DNA of 64,000 nt from Cyclobacteriaceae bacterium (GTDB lineage: Bacteria > Bacteroidota > Bacteroidia > Cytophagales > Cyclobacteriaceae), in assembly GCA_028278585.1 (NCBI GenBank), contig JANQEC010000023.1:23947-87946 (forward strand). Reading direction: 5' to 3'. This document shows positions 35,753 through 44,508 of this stretch, piece after piece (the stretch's first letter is position 1; the number at the start of each line of letters is the position of its first letter). Position numbers and translations under genes: made by a program. The notes below the pieces were generated by a model that was not told where the DNA came from, ran no database searches, and saw only the letters and a list, made by a program, of their open reading frames with translations.

Positions 35753-36310
35753 CTAAAACAAAGGTCTTCCTTTGTGGTAATTATCCATCCTTTCTATTTC
35801 TCTCTTCCACCATTCAATATAACCATCGGCAATGCCGGATTCTTTATTCAGTATTTCAAGTACATACTGATTTGGCATAATGGTCTTATTGTTTTCATGG
35901 AATTCTCTTCCATTCAACTTTAAGTATTTAGTAGCGAACAATCCTACTGCTCCCGACCTACTTACACCAGCGGCACAATGGACGATTAGTGTAGGAATGT
36001 TTTCTTTGTTTACCTCATCCAAAAAGTTAATAGTCCAAATCGCATCTTGCTTATTGAACAGTTTGATTTGTTTTTGTGTTTCCTCTCCTACAGTTTTGTA
36101 CTGATCTAACGTAATGTCATCGAAACACAAAGACAAACATTTTTGGCAACCAAGTTTTCTTGACAATTCTACATTTTTAAAATTCATCAACTCATGGTCT
36201 TTGTGAATAGAAATCAATGCCCAGTTATCGAATGGACAAACCAATTCCTTTAACCATTTTTCTATCGCCATTCTTGGCATTGCTAATACTTTGTTAATCA
36301 TCTTGCTCAC
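35753..36310 (-). CDS. protein-tyrosine/dual-specificity phosphatase-like protein
   Basis: VHCAAGVSRS (CX5R), FDD, PN. Confidence 0.88.
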   Translation of the reverse strand: MSKMINKVLAMPRMAIEKWLKELVCPFDNWALISIHKDHELMNFKNVELSRKLGCQKCLSLCFDDITLDQYKTVGEETQKQIKLFNKQDAIWTINFLDEVNKENIPTLIVHCAAGVSRSGAVGLFATKYLKLNGREFHENNKTIMPNQYVLEILNKESGIADGYIEWWKREIERMDNYHKGRPLF

Positions 36311-36476
36311 ACACCGCCACGATCCTCATGGGATCGGAATCTGCTATTTGGGAAACATCTACGATGTCTCCAATTCTTTTTTGACTTCCTTTTGTTAATG
36401 CATCCACCATATTTTCTGCTTGAATGTCCTTTTCAAGATAGACATTTACTCTGTAAGAAATCGTATACGTTTTCAT
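36294..36476 (-). CDS. hypothetical protein
   Basis: GGAG RBS. Confidence 0.55.
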   Translation of the reverse strand: MKTYTISYRVNVYLEKDIQAENMVDALTKGSQKRIGDIVDVSQIADSDPMRIVAVCEQDD

Positions 36477-36492
36477 TTCAATTCTCTCCCTT

Positions 36493-36568
36493 TGGTAGCC
36501 CCGGTGGGATTCGAACCCACACTCCACAGGGTTTAAGCCTGCCGACTCTTCCGTTGGCCTACGGGGCC
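36493..36568 (-). tRNA. tRNA-Leu(TAA), no long variable arm
   Basis: loop CTTAAAC. Confidence 0.88.
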
Positions 36569-36579
36569 ATATTAAACTT

Positions 36580-36655
36580 TGGCTGTACCGGCAGGGTTCG
36601 AACCTGCGACTCGCTGATTAACAATCAGCCACTCTACCAACTGAGTTACGGTACA
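36580..36655 (-). tRNA. tRNA-Asn(GTT)
   Basis: loop TTGTTAA, G73. Confidence 0.95.
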
Positions 36656-36661
36656 ATAATT

Positions 36662-36740
36662 TGGCTGGCGAGGTGGGATTCGCACCCACATCCTTCTGGT
36701 TAACAGCCAGACGCCTATCTGCTAAGTGAGCTACTCGCCA
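36662..36740 (-). tRNA. tRNA-Asn(GTT) second copy, T-loop TGCGAAT
   Basis: loop CTGTTAA, G73. Confidence 0.85.
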
Positions 36741-36745
36741 ATAAT

Positions 36746-36979
36746 CTATTTCTTTACTTTCATGTATGGTTTCTTCTCACTACCATACACAACGTTCGTT
36801 CCTACTCCCATTTTACCTGACGATTGTGCTTTCACAAACGACATTGATTGTTTTCTCTTTTCCTCTTTCACTCCCTTATGTAAATGACAGGGAGTTAGTT
36901 TTCCATCCGGTGTTTTCAGTATGACATAACTATCCGGCTTCTCTTGATCAATTTCTTTCTTACAAAAAAAACAGTTCAT
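36746..36979 (-). CDS. hypothetical protein
   Basis: CFFC...CH; GGAG RBS. Confidence 0.6.
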   Translation of the reverse strand: MNCFFCKKEIDQEKPDSYVILKTPDGKLTPCHLHKGVKEEKRKQSMSFVKAQSSGKMGVGTNVVYGSEKKPYMKVKK

Positions 36980-37155
36980 TTCAATTTTCTCCCAAATTAG
37001 AAATTAATACGGTCTTGTAATCTTTGTCTTCATCTATTGACACATGATCTTTGACGGGCCCATCGCTGTATGCATCCCAAACTTCTACATCAAAATTTTT
37101 GTCACATAGTTGTAGTCGTTTTATCAATTCTTTGACTTTCATTTGTTCCTTTTGT

Positions 37156-37232
37156 TGGCACCCCCGGCAGGAATCGAACCCGCATCTTTGCCTTCGTAGG
37201 GCAGTGTTCTTGTTCCGTTAAACTACAGGGGC
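37156..37232 (-). tRNA. tRNA-Arg(ACG)
   Basis: loop CTACGAA. Confidence 0.92.
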
Positions 37233-37236
37233 ATAC

Positions 37237-37272
37237 AAAAAAGGGCTACCTTTTTTTTGTGGTAGCCCTTTT
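37237..37272. terminator. bidirectional intrinsic terminator
   Basis: AAAAAAGGGCTACC-loop-GGTAGCCCTTTT. Confidence 0.8.
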
Positions 37273-37358
37273 ATAACATTCTATGCAAAAACCACCACGT
37301 TCAAAATCCAGTATTTCGGAGATTGGATATTGTCAAATAACATTTATGCGTAGTGCTT

Positions 37359-37556
37359 CTACTCATCTTCTTTCTTTTCTTCCTCTTCTTTTTCTTCTTC
37401 CTTCTCTTCCTCTTTTTCCTCTTCCTTTTCCTCTTCCTTTTCCTCAGCCTCTTTCTTTGCCTTCTCAGCCTCTTCTTTTTCCTTTGCTGAAACAAACGGT
37501 TCATTGTCCATCTTGCCCAACAATTTGTTTGCCAACTCTACTTCTTTTTCGCTCAT
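37359..37556 (-). CDS. Glu/Lys-rich low-complexity protein
   Basis: AAGGAG RBS; (EEEK)n tract. Confidence 0.55.
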   Translation of the reverse strand: MSEKEVELANKLLGKMDNEPFVSAKEKEEAEKAKKEAEEKEEEKEEEKEEEKEEEKEEEEKKEDE

Positions 37557-37557
37557 A

Positions 37558-37764
37558 TCAAGTTTCTCCTTTATTGGTACTTATATTCTTAACAAGTTCT
37601 GGATGACGTTCTGAAAAGGTGTTCATCCAATCTGCCAACAATTTTCTGGATGTGTCTCTATCGTACCCAAAGGTCATCACAATGAGAGGCGTGGCACCGA
37701 ACATATTTACGGCGCCACTCTCTCGTAATTCATCCAGAAACTCAAAGACTAATTTCTTGTCCAT
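37558..37764 (-). CDS. conserved phage hypothetical protein
   Basis: FLDELRESGAVNMFGA motif. Confidence 0.75.
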   Translation of the reverse strand: MDKKLVFEFLDELRESGAVNMFGATPLIVMTFGYDRDTSRKLLADWMNTFSERHPELVKNISTNKGET

Positions 37765-37767
37765 ACC

Positions 37768-38061
37768 TTACTCGAAAAGATTCTTGATTTCAGAGAATGT
37801 AGCATCAATTGGCTTTTCGCCCTTAACAGAAGTCTTTGTATCGGGAACTTCTTCATAAGGTTTTGTATCCGGCACTTCTTCGTATGGTTTTGTTTCTTCT
37901 TTTGGTTCTGTTTTTACTTCTTCATACGGTTTTGTTTCTTCAACGGTAACTTCCGGTTTTGTTCTCTCTGTCGGATCTACCTTCGGTTCCTCTTTAACAC
38001 CACCAGCAAAAATCATTGAAATAAATAGTGCCATTGCGGTAAGGATTTTTGTGATTTTCAT
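37768..38061 (-). CDS. exported protein with TKPYEEV repeats
   Basis: signal peptide; TKPYEEV x3. Confidence 0.65.
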   Translation of the reverse strand: MKITKILTAMALFISMIFAGGVKEEPKVDPTERTKPEVTVEETKPYEEVKTEPKEETKPYEEVPDTKPYEEVPDTKTSVKGEKPIDATFSEIKNLFE

Positions 38062-38095
38062 TTGTGTGACTCCTATTATTTGATTGTTTCCTATT

Positions 38096-38170
38096 TGGTG
38101 ACGGTGCGGGGAATTGAACCCCGGTAGCCAGAGTGAAGGTCTGGTAGACTAACCACTATCCTACACCGCC
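38096..38170 (-). tRNA. tRNA-Glu(TTC), C33
   Basis: loop CCTTCAC. Confidence 0.9.
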
Positions 38171-38182
38171 ATTATTTTCTTT

Positions 38183-38258
38183 TGGTAGCGGGGGCCAGAA
38201 TCGAACTGGCGTAGTCACAGCTTATGAGACTGGACAGGTAGCCAACAACCTCCCCGCT
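38183..38258 (-). tRNA. tRNA-Met/Ile2(CAT)
   Basis: loop CTCATAA; atypical D-arm. Confidence 0.82.
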
Positions 38259-38269
38259 ATGTCCTTATC

Positions 38270-38314
38270 AATATACCTTATTCGACAATTGGTGTCAAAT
38301 TTATTTTTTGGATC
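38270..38314 (-). promoter_or_regulatory. sigma70-like promoter heading the tRNA cluster
   Basis: GATCCAAAA...TTGACA-17 nt-TATATT. Confidence 0.8.
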
Positions 38315-38325
38315 TTCTTTTCCCT

Positions 38326-38523
38326 CTATAGAAACACATCTACAACAACAAGAATTGCTTCATAGAGCTTGTCGAAAAATTCCTTCTCTTGTTCTTCGTC
38401 CATTTTTGGCAAGTCAACTTTTTCATTGACTACCTTGATAATAGCTTCCTTCTCGGTTGCCAATTTTTTGGCAAGTCTTCGTCTTACGATAGGAAGAAGT
38501 AATTTTTTCAGAAAAAAGTTCAT
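38326..38523 (-). CDS. hypothetical protein (late promoter upstream)
   Basis: GGAGG RBS; TATAAATA at 38552-38559. Confidence 0.6.
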   Translation of the reverse strand: MNFFLKKLLLPIVRRRLAKKLATEKEAIIKVVNEKVDLPKMDEEQEKEFFDKLYEAILVVVDVFL

Positions 38524-38550
38524 AACGCCTCCTCAAAATTAGTGTCACAA

Positions 38551-38961
38551 TTATTTATATTCTTTAGTTGGCCATACATATTCCATGCCTGGTTTTTCTT
38601 TCCACCCATATTGAGAATAAAATACAGAATCCTTTCTCAACAAATTGCTCCTGTGTGATGCATGGAATTTTTCTTTGCCAATCCATTTTGGGTATTTTAC
38701 CTTTTCAGTAATCTGGCACAACTTCATTGTGTTGTTGTACCCTCTGCGTTTCCATTCTATTATACATTTGTTCATGTATAGTGACAGGGCACTTTCATAT
38801 CCTTTCCACATAAGAACTGCTGGGTGATTTTTCCAACCAGACTTTTTGTTCCGCAGGGTCCGCAGAATTTGGTAGGCTTCTACTCTCTGTTTGCCCAATC
38901 GGCGATAATCCAGACAGGCAACAGATTCATCAAAATCAGAATATGGCAGAAAAGTTTGCAT
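38551..38961 (-). CDS. MSMEG_6728-family / pyrimidine-dimer DNA glycosylase-like protein
   Basis: MQTFLPY...RLGKQRVEA...HPAVLMW...SHRSNLLRKD. Confidence 0.88.
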   Translation of the reverse strand: MQTFLPYSDFDESVACLDYRRLGKQRVEAYQILRTLRNKKSGWKNHPAVLMWKGYESALSLYMNKCIIEWKRRGYNNTMKLCQITEKVKYPKWIGKEKFHASHRSNLLRKDSVFYSQYGWKEKPGMEYVWPTKEYK

Positions 38962-38983
38962 ATGATTTCTCCTCTCTACCATA

Positions 38984-39028
38984 AATATAAATTATGACCA
39001 CCCAACAGTCAAAAATATTTTCTGGACC
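38984..39028 (-). promoter_or_regulatory. sigma70-like early promoter
   Basis: GGTCCAGAAAA...TTGACT-17 nt-TATATT. Confidence 0.75.
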
Positions 39029-39148
39029 AACGGTGGGAGTTGAACCCACAAGGTTAGACGACCCACCATTTCTGGCTTGTGCCGCCCATTGCCTGTACCG
39101 ATGTTTTATTCATCAACACATGCGTCTACCAGTTCCGCCACGTTGATC
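39023..39148 (-). ncRNA. expanded tRNA-Leu-like RNA
   Basis: Leu-type D-arm and canonical T-arm, 10-bp anticodon stem, 42-nt variable arm. Confidence 0.7.
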
Positions 39149-39155
39149 CAGAAAA

Positions 39156-39656
39156 TTAATTTGGCAACTTGCAAGAATAACCACCGTAATCCATTCCAAT
39201 CATTCTCAAATGATCTATGATATACGGATCATACATATCACCATAATCTGCTCGGGCAATCAATTTGTAATCAGTTGAATGACCATCCAATTTGATTTCT
39301 GTTTGTCCTTCCCTTGGATATACTACATGTACTAAGTTGACACTATGTACGGGTATTTCATCTGGCCCTTCTCTGAAAAATGTTTCCTTGACACTTAACA
39401 TGGAGCCTACCATACAATCAAGATTTGTTTCCTCTTTTACAATTCTTCTTGATGCCTCTTTAATTGTTTCCCCTTTGTGCATCCTACCACCGGGAAACCA
39501 CCATTTTCCTTTTGCCGGTTCGTCCTTTCGTTTTACCAATAAAACTTTTCCATCTATAACAACAATGTTGTCAACACATAACAACATCATGTTTCTAAGA
39601 AATTCGTTATACAACTCTTGTGGGATCCATTTTTTCTTATGTATCATTTTCACCAT
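39156..39656 (-). CDS. Nudix hydrolase (GDP-mannose mannosyl hydrolase-like)
   Basis: EPAKGKWWFPGGR...GET...EETNL. Confidence 0.85.
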   Translation of the reverse strand: MVKMIHKKKWIPQELYNEFLRNMMLLCVDNIVVIDGKVLLVKRKDEPAKGKWWFPGGRMHKGETIKEASRRIVKEETNLDCMVGSMLSVKETFFREGPDEIPVHSVNLVHVVYPREGQTEIKLDGHSTDYKLIARADYGDMYDPYIIDHLRMIGMDYGGYSCKLPN

Positions 39657-40332
39657 ACCTCTTCAAATATTTGTTATAAATGTTTGGGAACCTTTTTATT
39701 AGATGGTCATCTATTTTCAGTTTAGTTTCTTTTGTTAATTTCTTTGAATGAAACAACAGTTCATTTCTTGTTCCGTTAGTTCTTGGCTTATCTATTTTCT
39801 TTCCATATAATTCCAATGAAGTTTTTCTGTGTTGCTCATATTGTTTCATAAAGGAAGTTATATTTCCTTTATTGCCTCCGAACTGTTCCAAAAATTTTAC
39901 CAACCTTGACAATTCTTGGTAAGGGTTTTGCACCAAATCCTCATAGTATATAAGGTGTTTCTTTTCCTTTGTGTATTCAAACAATTTTAGTATTGATATA
40001 TAATCTGTTTTCTCAATGCCAGTTTTTAGAGGCAGGCCGCCCTGTAGATCGGAAAATACCTTGGCTAAATCTCCATCACAATTTCTAACTACACATTCCT
40101 TGTAATTTCTAACCATGAGTATTAGTGAATCTTTGCATAGTATGAAATCTTTCCACCAAGATTTTGTGTTTCCATGTGACTTGGTTATTTTGTTTCCAAT
40201 AGATAAAAATCCTGTTAAAGATCCTCCTATTTGCATTTCTGACAAACATTCAATACAGTATGATAACCAATTACTGCCACTTCTTGGGTAACTCAACAAA
40301 GACAGTTTGTATTCTACCCCACCACAAATCAC
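39637..40332 (-). CDS. sulfotransferase-like protein
   Basis: SYPRSGSNWL, RNYKE, YYEDL. Confidence 0.75.
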   Translation of the reverse strand: MICGGVEYKLSLLSYPRSGSNWLSYCIECLSEMQIGGSLTGFLSIGNKITKSHGNTKSWWKDFILCKDSLILMVRNYKECVVRNCDGDLAKVFSDLQGGLPLKTGIEKTDYISILKLFEYTKEKKHLIYYEDLVQNPYQELSRLVKFLEQFGGNKGNITSFMKQYEQHRKTSLELYGKKIDKPRTNGTRNELLFHSKKLTKETKLKIDDHLIKRFPNIYNKYLKRYGENDT

Positions 40333-41513
40333 GGTCTAATAACTCCATTGACAATTGTACAAATTCTTTCTACATCTTCTCTTTTTAGTTTATCATGGTT
40401 TGGCAAATAAAACCCATGTTCATCCACCACTTCATTTGCGAATTCGGCATACTCAATCATTCCTTTTTGGTGTCGGATCATTTCTTGATTTTTGATATAT
40501 GGTTGTTTCAACATTGACCCACATATCAATGGTCTTGTCTCTACATCACTTTCCCGTAATGCCTCTACTATCTTTCTGGAAGCAGGATGGATAACCGGAT
40601 ATGCAAAATTGGAAATGAAATCGTTAGGATCTACATTTGGTTTCCAGTAGTCATTCTGAATTAACTCTTGATATGACTTGAAGTTTTCGGATCGAATATG
40701 GCAAGAGATAGTTATCTTCTTCATCTGTTCCAACCCTATAAATGCCTGTAGGTCTGTTCCCCGTAGATTGAAACCGGGATGATAGAATGTATACAAGGCA
40801 CGAAATTCATCAACATTATTTTTGGCTCTTAGTTGTTCTTGAAATGATTTATCTAAACCTCTATCCCAACCATGATTTCGCATCATTCTCAGGGCATTGT
40901 ACAATTCATAGTCATTAGTACAAACCATACCACCTTCGATTGTTGACATATGATGACCAAAGAAGAAAGAGAAGGAACTCATTTTTCCCAACGTTCCTAC
41001 CTTTTGTCCACGGTACATAGTTCCTAATGCCTCACAACAATCTTCCAAAACAGTAACATCATATTCTCTGCATAGTTCCAAAATATTTTCCATGTCACAA
41101 GGCAAACCAAGGACATGTACTAATACCAATGCCGATGGATGATACGTTTCAAACAATCTTTTCAAATGTTCAACATCTACACCAAGATTGTTTTTGTCGG
41201 CATCACAAAATACTGGCTGGTGTTCCATTTGAATTACAGGTGCCACCGTTGTTGCCCAAGAAATTGCTGGTACAACGATTCTCTTGTTTTTGAGTTTTCC
41301 CAAGGCTTTTAGGGTGTAGATCATTAAGAGGTTTGCTGAGGAGCCAGAGTTGACAAACACGGAATAGTTGACATTTTGCCAACGTGAAAATGCCTTTTCA
41401 AATTCTTCTACCTTGTCACTTTGGGTTAGTCGAGGAAGGGGATCTTGACTTAACCAACCCACAAGATTTTGAACATCACTCTTATCAATTGTTTCTTCAA
41501 CTAAACGAATCAT
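40329..41513 (-). CDS. colD: GDP-4-keto-6-deoxy-mannose 3-dehydratase (ColD-type, DegT family)
   Basis: SFFFGHHMSTIEGGM with His at the usual Lys position; NSGSSANL. Confidence 0.8.
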   Translation of the reverse strand: MIRLVEETIDKSDVQNLVGWLSQDPLPRLTQSDKVEEFEKAFSRWQNVNYSVFVNSGSSANLLMIYTLKALGKLKNKRIVVPAISWATTVAPVIQMEHQPVFCDADKNNLGVDVEHLKRLFETYHPSALVLVHVLGLPCDMENILELCREYDVTVLEDCCEALGTMYRGQKVGTLGKMSSFSFFFGHHMSTIEGGMVCTNDYELYNALRMMRNHGWDRGLDKSFQEQLRAKNNVDEFRALYTFYHPGFNLRGTDLQAFIGLEQMKKITISCHIRSENFKSYQELIQNDYWKPNVDPNDFISNFAYPVIHPASRKIVEALRESDVETRPLICGSMLKQPYIKNQEMIRHQKGMIEYAEFANEVVDEHGFYLPNHDKLKREDVERICTIVNGVIRP

Positions 41514-42442
41514 TTGTATGTCTCCCGATAATATTCAATTGTGTTTTTCAAACCATCAATAAATGGGGTCTTTGCTTCCCACCCCAAAGTATTTATCTTT
41601 TGTACATCTAACCGTTTGACTAACATACCATCTGGTTTTGAAATATCATGTACAAATCTTGGATGATAGTCAACCAAATCACAAACCATTTTTGTTAATT
41701 CCAAAACAGAAATATCTTCTCCGGTTCCAACATTCAAAAAGGAATCGGCGGTCAAACAATCCATTGACCAAATCATACAATCTATCAAATCATCTATATA
41801 CAAAAATTCTCGCCTTGGTTTTCCACTTCCCCATATATCAATTGGTGTGTTATTCTTTTTTGCTTCGATCACCTTTCTAACGGTAGCAGAAAGTACATGA
41901 GATTTTTGTGGATGAAAGTCATCTCCCGGACCATATAGATTGCATGGCATCAGAGAAATGAATTTGTTTCCGAACTGTTTATTTGCATACTCACACATTT
42001 TTAGACCTGCAATCTTGGCGATTGCATACCCTTCGTTTGTTGGTTCAACTGGTGCTTGTAGTAAGTATTCTTCTCTCAATGGTTGGTTTGGATAGTCTTT
42101 AGGATAGATACAAGATGATCCTAAGAACAGAGCCTTCTTTACCCAATCACGTTTACAGCATGCCTCTATCACGTTGTTCTGGATCTGTAAATTATCATAT
42201 AAGAACTTGTATGGATTCTGAATGTTTGCCTGTATTCCACCGACAACCGCGGCACAATGGAAAACATATTCGGGCCTACTTTGTTCCATAAAATTCCACA
42301 CTTCTTCTTGAAGCAAAAGATTTACATCCATTCTATGAGTAGTTACAACATCTGTATAACCAGAGTTTTGTAATCTCTTCAATAGTGTATGACCAACAAA
42401 GCCGTGGTGGCCGGTGATGTAAATTCTGGAATCTTTATTCAC
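41510..42442 (-). CDS. fcl: GDP-L-fucose/colitose synthase (epimerase-reductase)
   Basis: AAVVGGI, GSSCIYP, EPTNEGYAIAK, NLYGP, REFLY. Confidence 0.92.
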   Translation of the reverse strand: MNKDSRIYITGHHGFVGHTLLKRLQNSGYTDVVTTHRMDVNLLLQEEVWNFMEQSRPEYVFHCAAVVGGIQANIQNPYKFLYDNLQIQNNVIEACCKRDWVKKALFLGSSCIYPKDYPNQPLREEYLLQAPVEPTNEGYAIAKIAGLKMCEYANKQFGNKFISLMPCNLYGPGDDFHPQKSHVLSATVRKVIEAKKNNTPIDIWGSGKPRREFLYIDDLIDCMIWSMDCLTADSFLNVGTGEDISVLELTKMVCDLVDYHPRFVHDISKPDGMLVKRLDVQKINTLGWEAKTPFIDGLKNTIEYYRETYK

Positions 42443-43097
42443 AATACCTCCTCAAATATTTATCAAACAAAATTGGGTATTTATTCTCAAACTCTTTATC
42501 TATAGATTGTAAAATTTTTGTATCTATGTCTTTGGAATGGTGTATCAATTCTCCATTTGATTTTGCTCCACCCGGACCCCGGTATAGTTGCAATGATCTC
42601 ATTTTATGTTCGTGAAAATTACAAAAGAACTCTTCAAAAAATTCATTGTCACAATTTAGAAACGTACATATCTTTTTCAGTTCTTCTTTTGGTAAAGTCA
42701 TCAAATCTTCATAATACACCACAATCTTTTTTCGAGGAAAGGAATCAAACAGCTTCAATATTCGTACATAATTAACATCTCTTTCTTCTGTAAGAAGTAA
42801 GTTAAATGTATTTTCAAAATTGTAAACACATTCTTTGTAATTTCGAAGTATGAAAATCAGTTTGTCGTAATTTACATTCTCCCATGTGGATTTTCCCACA
42901 TCTAAACAATGAAATTTTTCTATCACAACATCTTTTCGATACGGAACATCTGGAAGTCTTGCTTTGCTCCACACAGTATGAATGCCAAATTTGCCCGAAT
43001 CTCTTCCAACAACTTCAATATCTGTTAGGTATTCTATACAGTAAGATAACCAATTGCTACCACTTTTGGGATATGACAACAATCCTATTCGATTCAT
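42435..43097 (-). CDS. sulfotransferase-like protein (paralogue of 39637..40332)
   Basis: SYPKSGSNWLSYCIE, RNYKEC, YYEDL. Confidence 0.75.
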   Translation of the reverse strand: MNRIGLLSYPKSGSNWLSYCIEYLTDIEVVGRDSGKFGIHTVWSKARLPDVPYRKDVVIEKFHCLDVGKSTWENVNYDKLIFILRNYKECVYNFENTFNLLLTEERDVNYVRILKLFDSFPRKKIVVYYEDLMTLPKEELKKICTFLNCDNEFFEEFFCNFHEHKMRSLQLYRGPGGAKSNGELIHHSKDIDTKILQSIDKEFENKYPILFDKYLRRYCE

Positions 43098-43672
43098 TTT
43101 TTCAATTCCCATGATTCCCAAACAAAGGGAAAGTTCCAAGATACTTTGTGCGTTTCCTTCAATTTGGTTATGATTTCTTCTCTCAATACCTTTGCATCTT
43201 TAAACCAATCATGAAATTGTACCTGTATGTTAGTTATTTTCTTAATTAGGTTTTCATTGTTTGTCAGAAATTTCATCAATTCATATTCTGATCCCTCTAT
43301 ATTGACTTTCATTAAATCTATTTTGTCAATACCAAGTTCCTCAAAAACAGTTTCGAAATTTCTAATTTTAATAAGTTTTTTGTTTTCTGTTTTTCTTGGA
43401 GAACTATCAAAAATAGAAGATGAATCCTTGGAAATAGAAATATCTGTTTCAAAATCTCTATCTAAAACACCATAATTAAAAACTCGTATTTCATTTTTTG
43501 CTTTGAACCTTTCTTTTATCTTATCATAGAATTCTTTTATGGGTTCAAAAACAAAAACCTTGCATTTGTATTTGTCAAAGATGGTGTTTGCAAATTTTCC
43601 CTCATAACCACCCAAATCAAATACAATACTTTCAGAATTTAAATCATACTCATATCTAAGAGATTCTTTCAT
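43094..43672 (-). CDS. FkbM-family methyltransferase
   Basis: DLGGYEG, FEP, KVNIEGSEY, QFH. Confidence 0.88.
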   Translation of the reverse strand: MKESLRYEYDLNSESIVFDLGGYEGKFANTIFDKYKCKVFVFEPIKEFYDKIKERFKAKNEIRVFNYGVLDRDFETDISISKDSSSIFDSSPRKTENKKLIKIRNFETVFEELGIDKIDLMKVNIEGSEYELMKFLTNNENLIKKITNIQVQFHDWFKDAKVLREEIITKLKETHKVSWNFPFVWESWELKK

Positions 43673-43683
43673 TCTATTCTGTC

Positions 43684-44505
43684 CTATGCACTTCTTAGTT
43701 TATCTCTAATTGGCTTTTCGTTTTCTAAACATTCAATCTTTCCATCGCCCCAAGACTTTTCATATGTTTCGATGTAGTCTTTAATTTTCAATACACCCGT
43801 TGGCTCAATAGATGCTGATTGATCACTACCATACATTGATCTATCCAATGTAATGTGATATTCTATCATCTCTGCACCAAGAACATATGACATTAAAATA
43901 AAGGATATGCCAGAAGAATGATTTGAAAACCCAACCTTATCGGCATATCTATTTCGTAATGTTTTTATTCTATTCATGTTCATGTCTTCAGGTTTTGTTG
44001 GGTATGTCGATGTGCAGGATAAAATATATGCCATTTGACTACCGAAAAATTTCGCGGCGCGGTCTACTTCAAATTCAGAACTCATTCCTGTGGCAATTAT
44101 TACGGGAATGTCAGTATTCTTAATTGCTTTTAACATTGGCTCATTTGTCAACATTGCCGATGCCACTTTGATAAATGGCATATCATACTGTGCGAGAAAA
44201 TCAACTGACTTTACATCCCACGGAGATGCAAACCATTGAATTCCCTTTTCCTTACAATACCTATCTATTTCATCATAATCTTCTTTGGTGAATTCCAAAC
44301 CATTCTTTTGTTCCCTGTTAGTTGTTCCCCAAGGCGATTCTCTATACTTGTCTAATTCTTCTTTTGTGTATACATCTTCTACTGTTCTCTTTTGGAATTT
44401 AACATACTGACAACCACCAAGTTTTGCAACGTCAATGAGTTGTTTTGCAATATTCAAATCTCCATTGTGATTGATTCCAATTTCTGCTACCAATTTTGTT
44501 TTCAT
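43684..44505 (-). CDS. neuB: nonulosonate synthase (NeuB family, no SAF domain)
   Basis: AEIGINHNG, VKFQKR, KVAS, STYP, EYHITLDR. Confidence 0.92.
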   Translation of the reverse strand: MKTKLVAEIGINHNGDLNIAKQLIDVAKLGGCQYVKFQKRTVEDVYTKEELDKYRESPWGTTNREQKNGLEFTKEDYDEIDRYCKEKGIQWFASPWDVKSVDFLAQYDMPFIKVASAMLTNEPMLKAIKNTDIPVIIATGMSSEFEVDRAAKFFGSQMAYILSCTSTYPTKPEDMNMNRIKTLRNRYADKVGFSNHSSGISFILMSYVLGAEMIEYHITLDRSMYGSDQSASIEPTGVLKIKDYIETYEKSWGDGKIECLENEKPIRDKLRSA

Positions 44506-44508
44506 TTT

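Noticed and set aside
37301-37504. Poly-Arg/Lys ORF
   Set aside because: It is an alternative frame of the GA-rich (EEEK)n gene, which has the RBS.
39023-39148. Standard intron-containing tRNA
   Set aside because: The extra sequence is spread over the anticodon stem and variable arm, with no group I core or clear bulge-helix-bulge; it is kept as a tRNA-like RNA instead.
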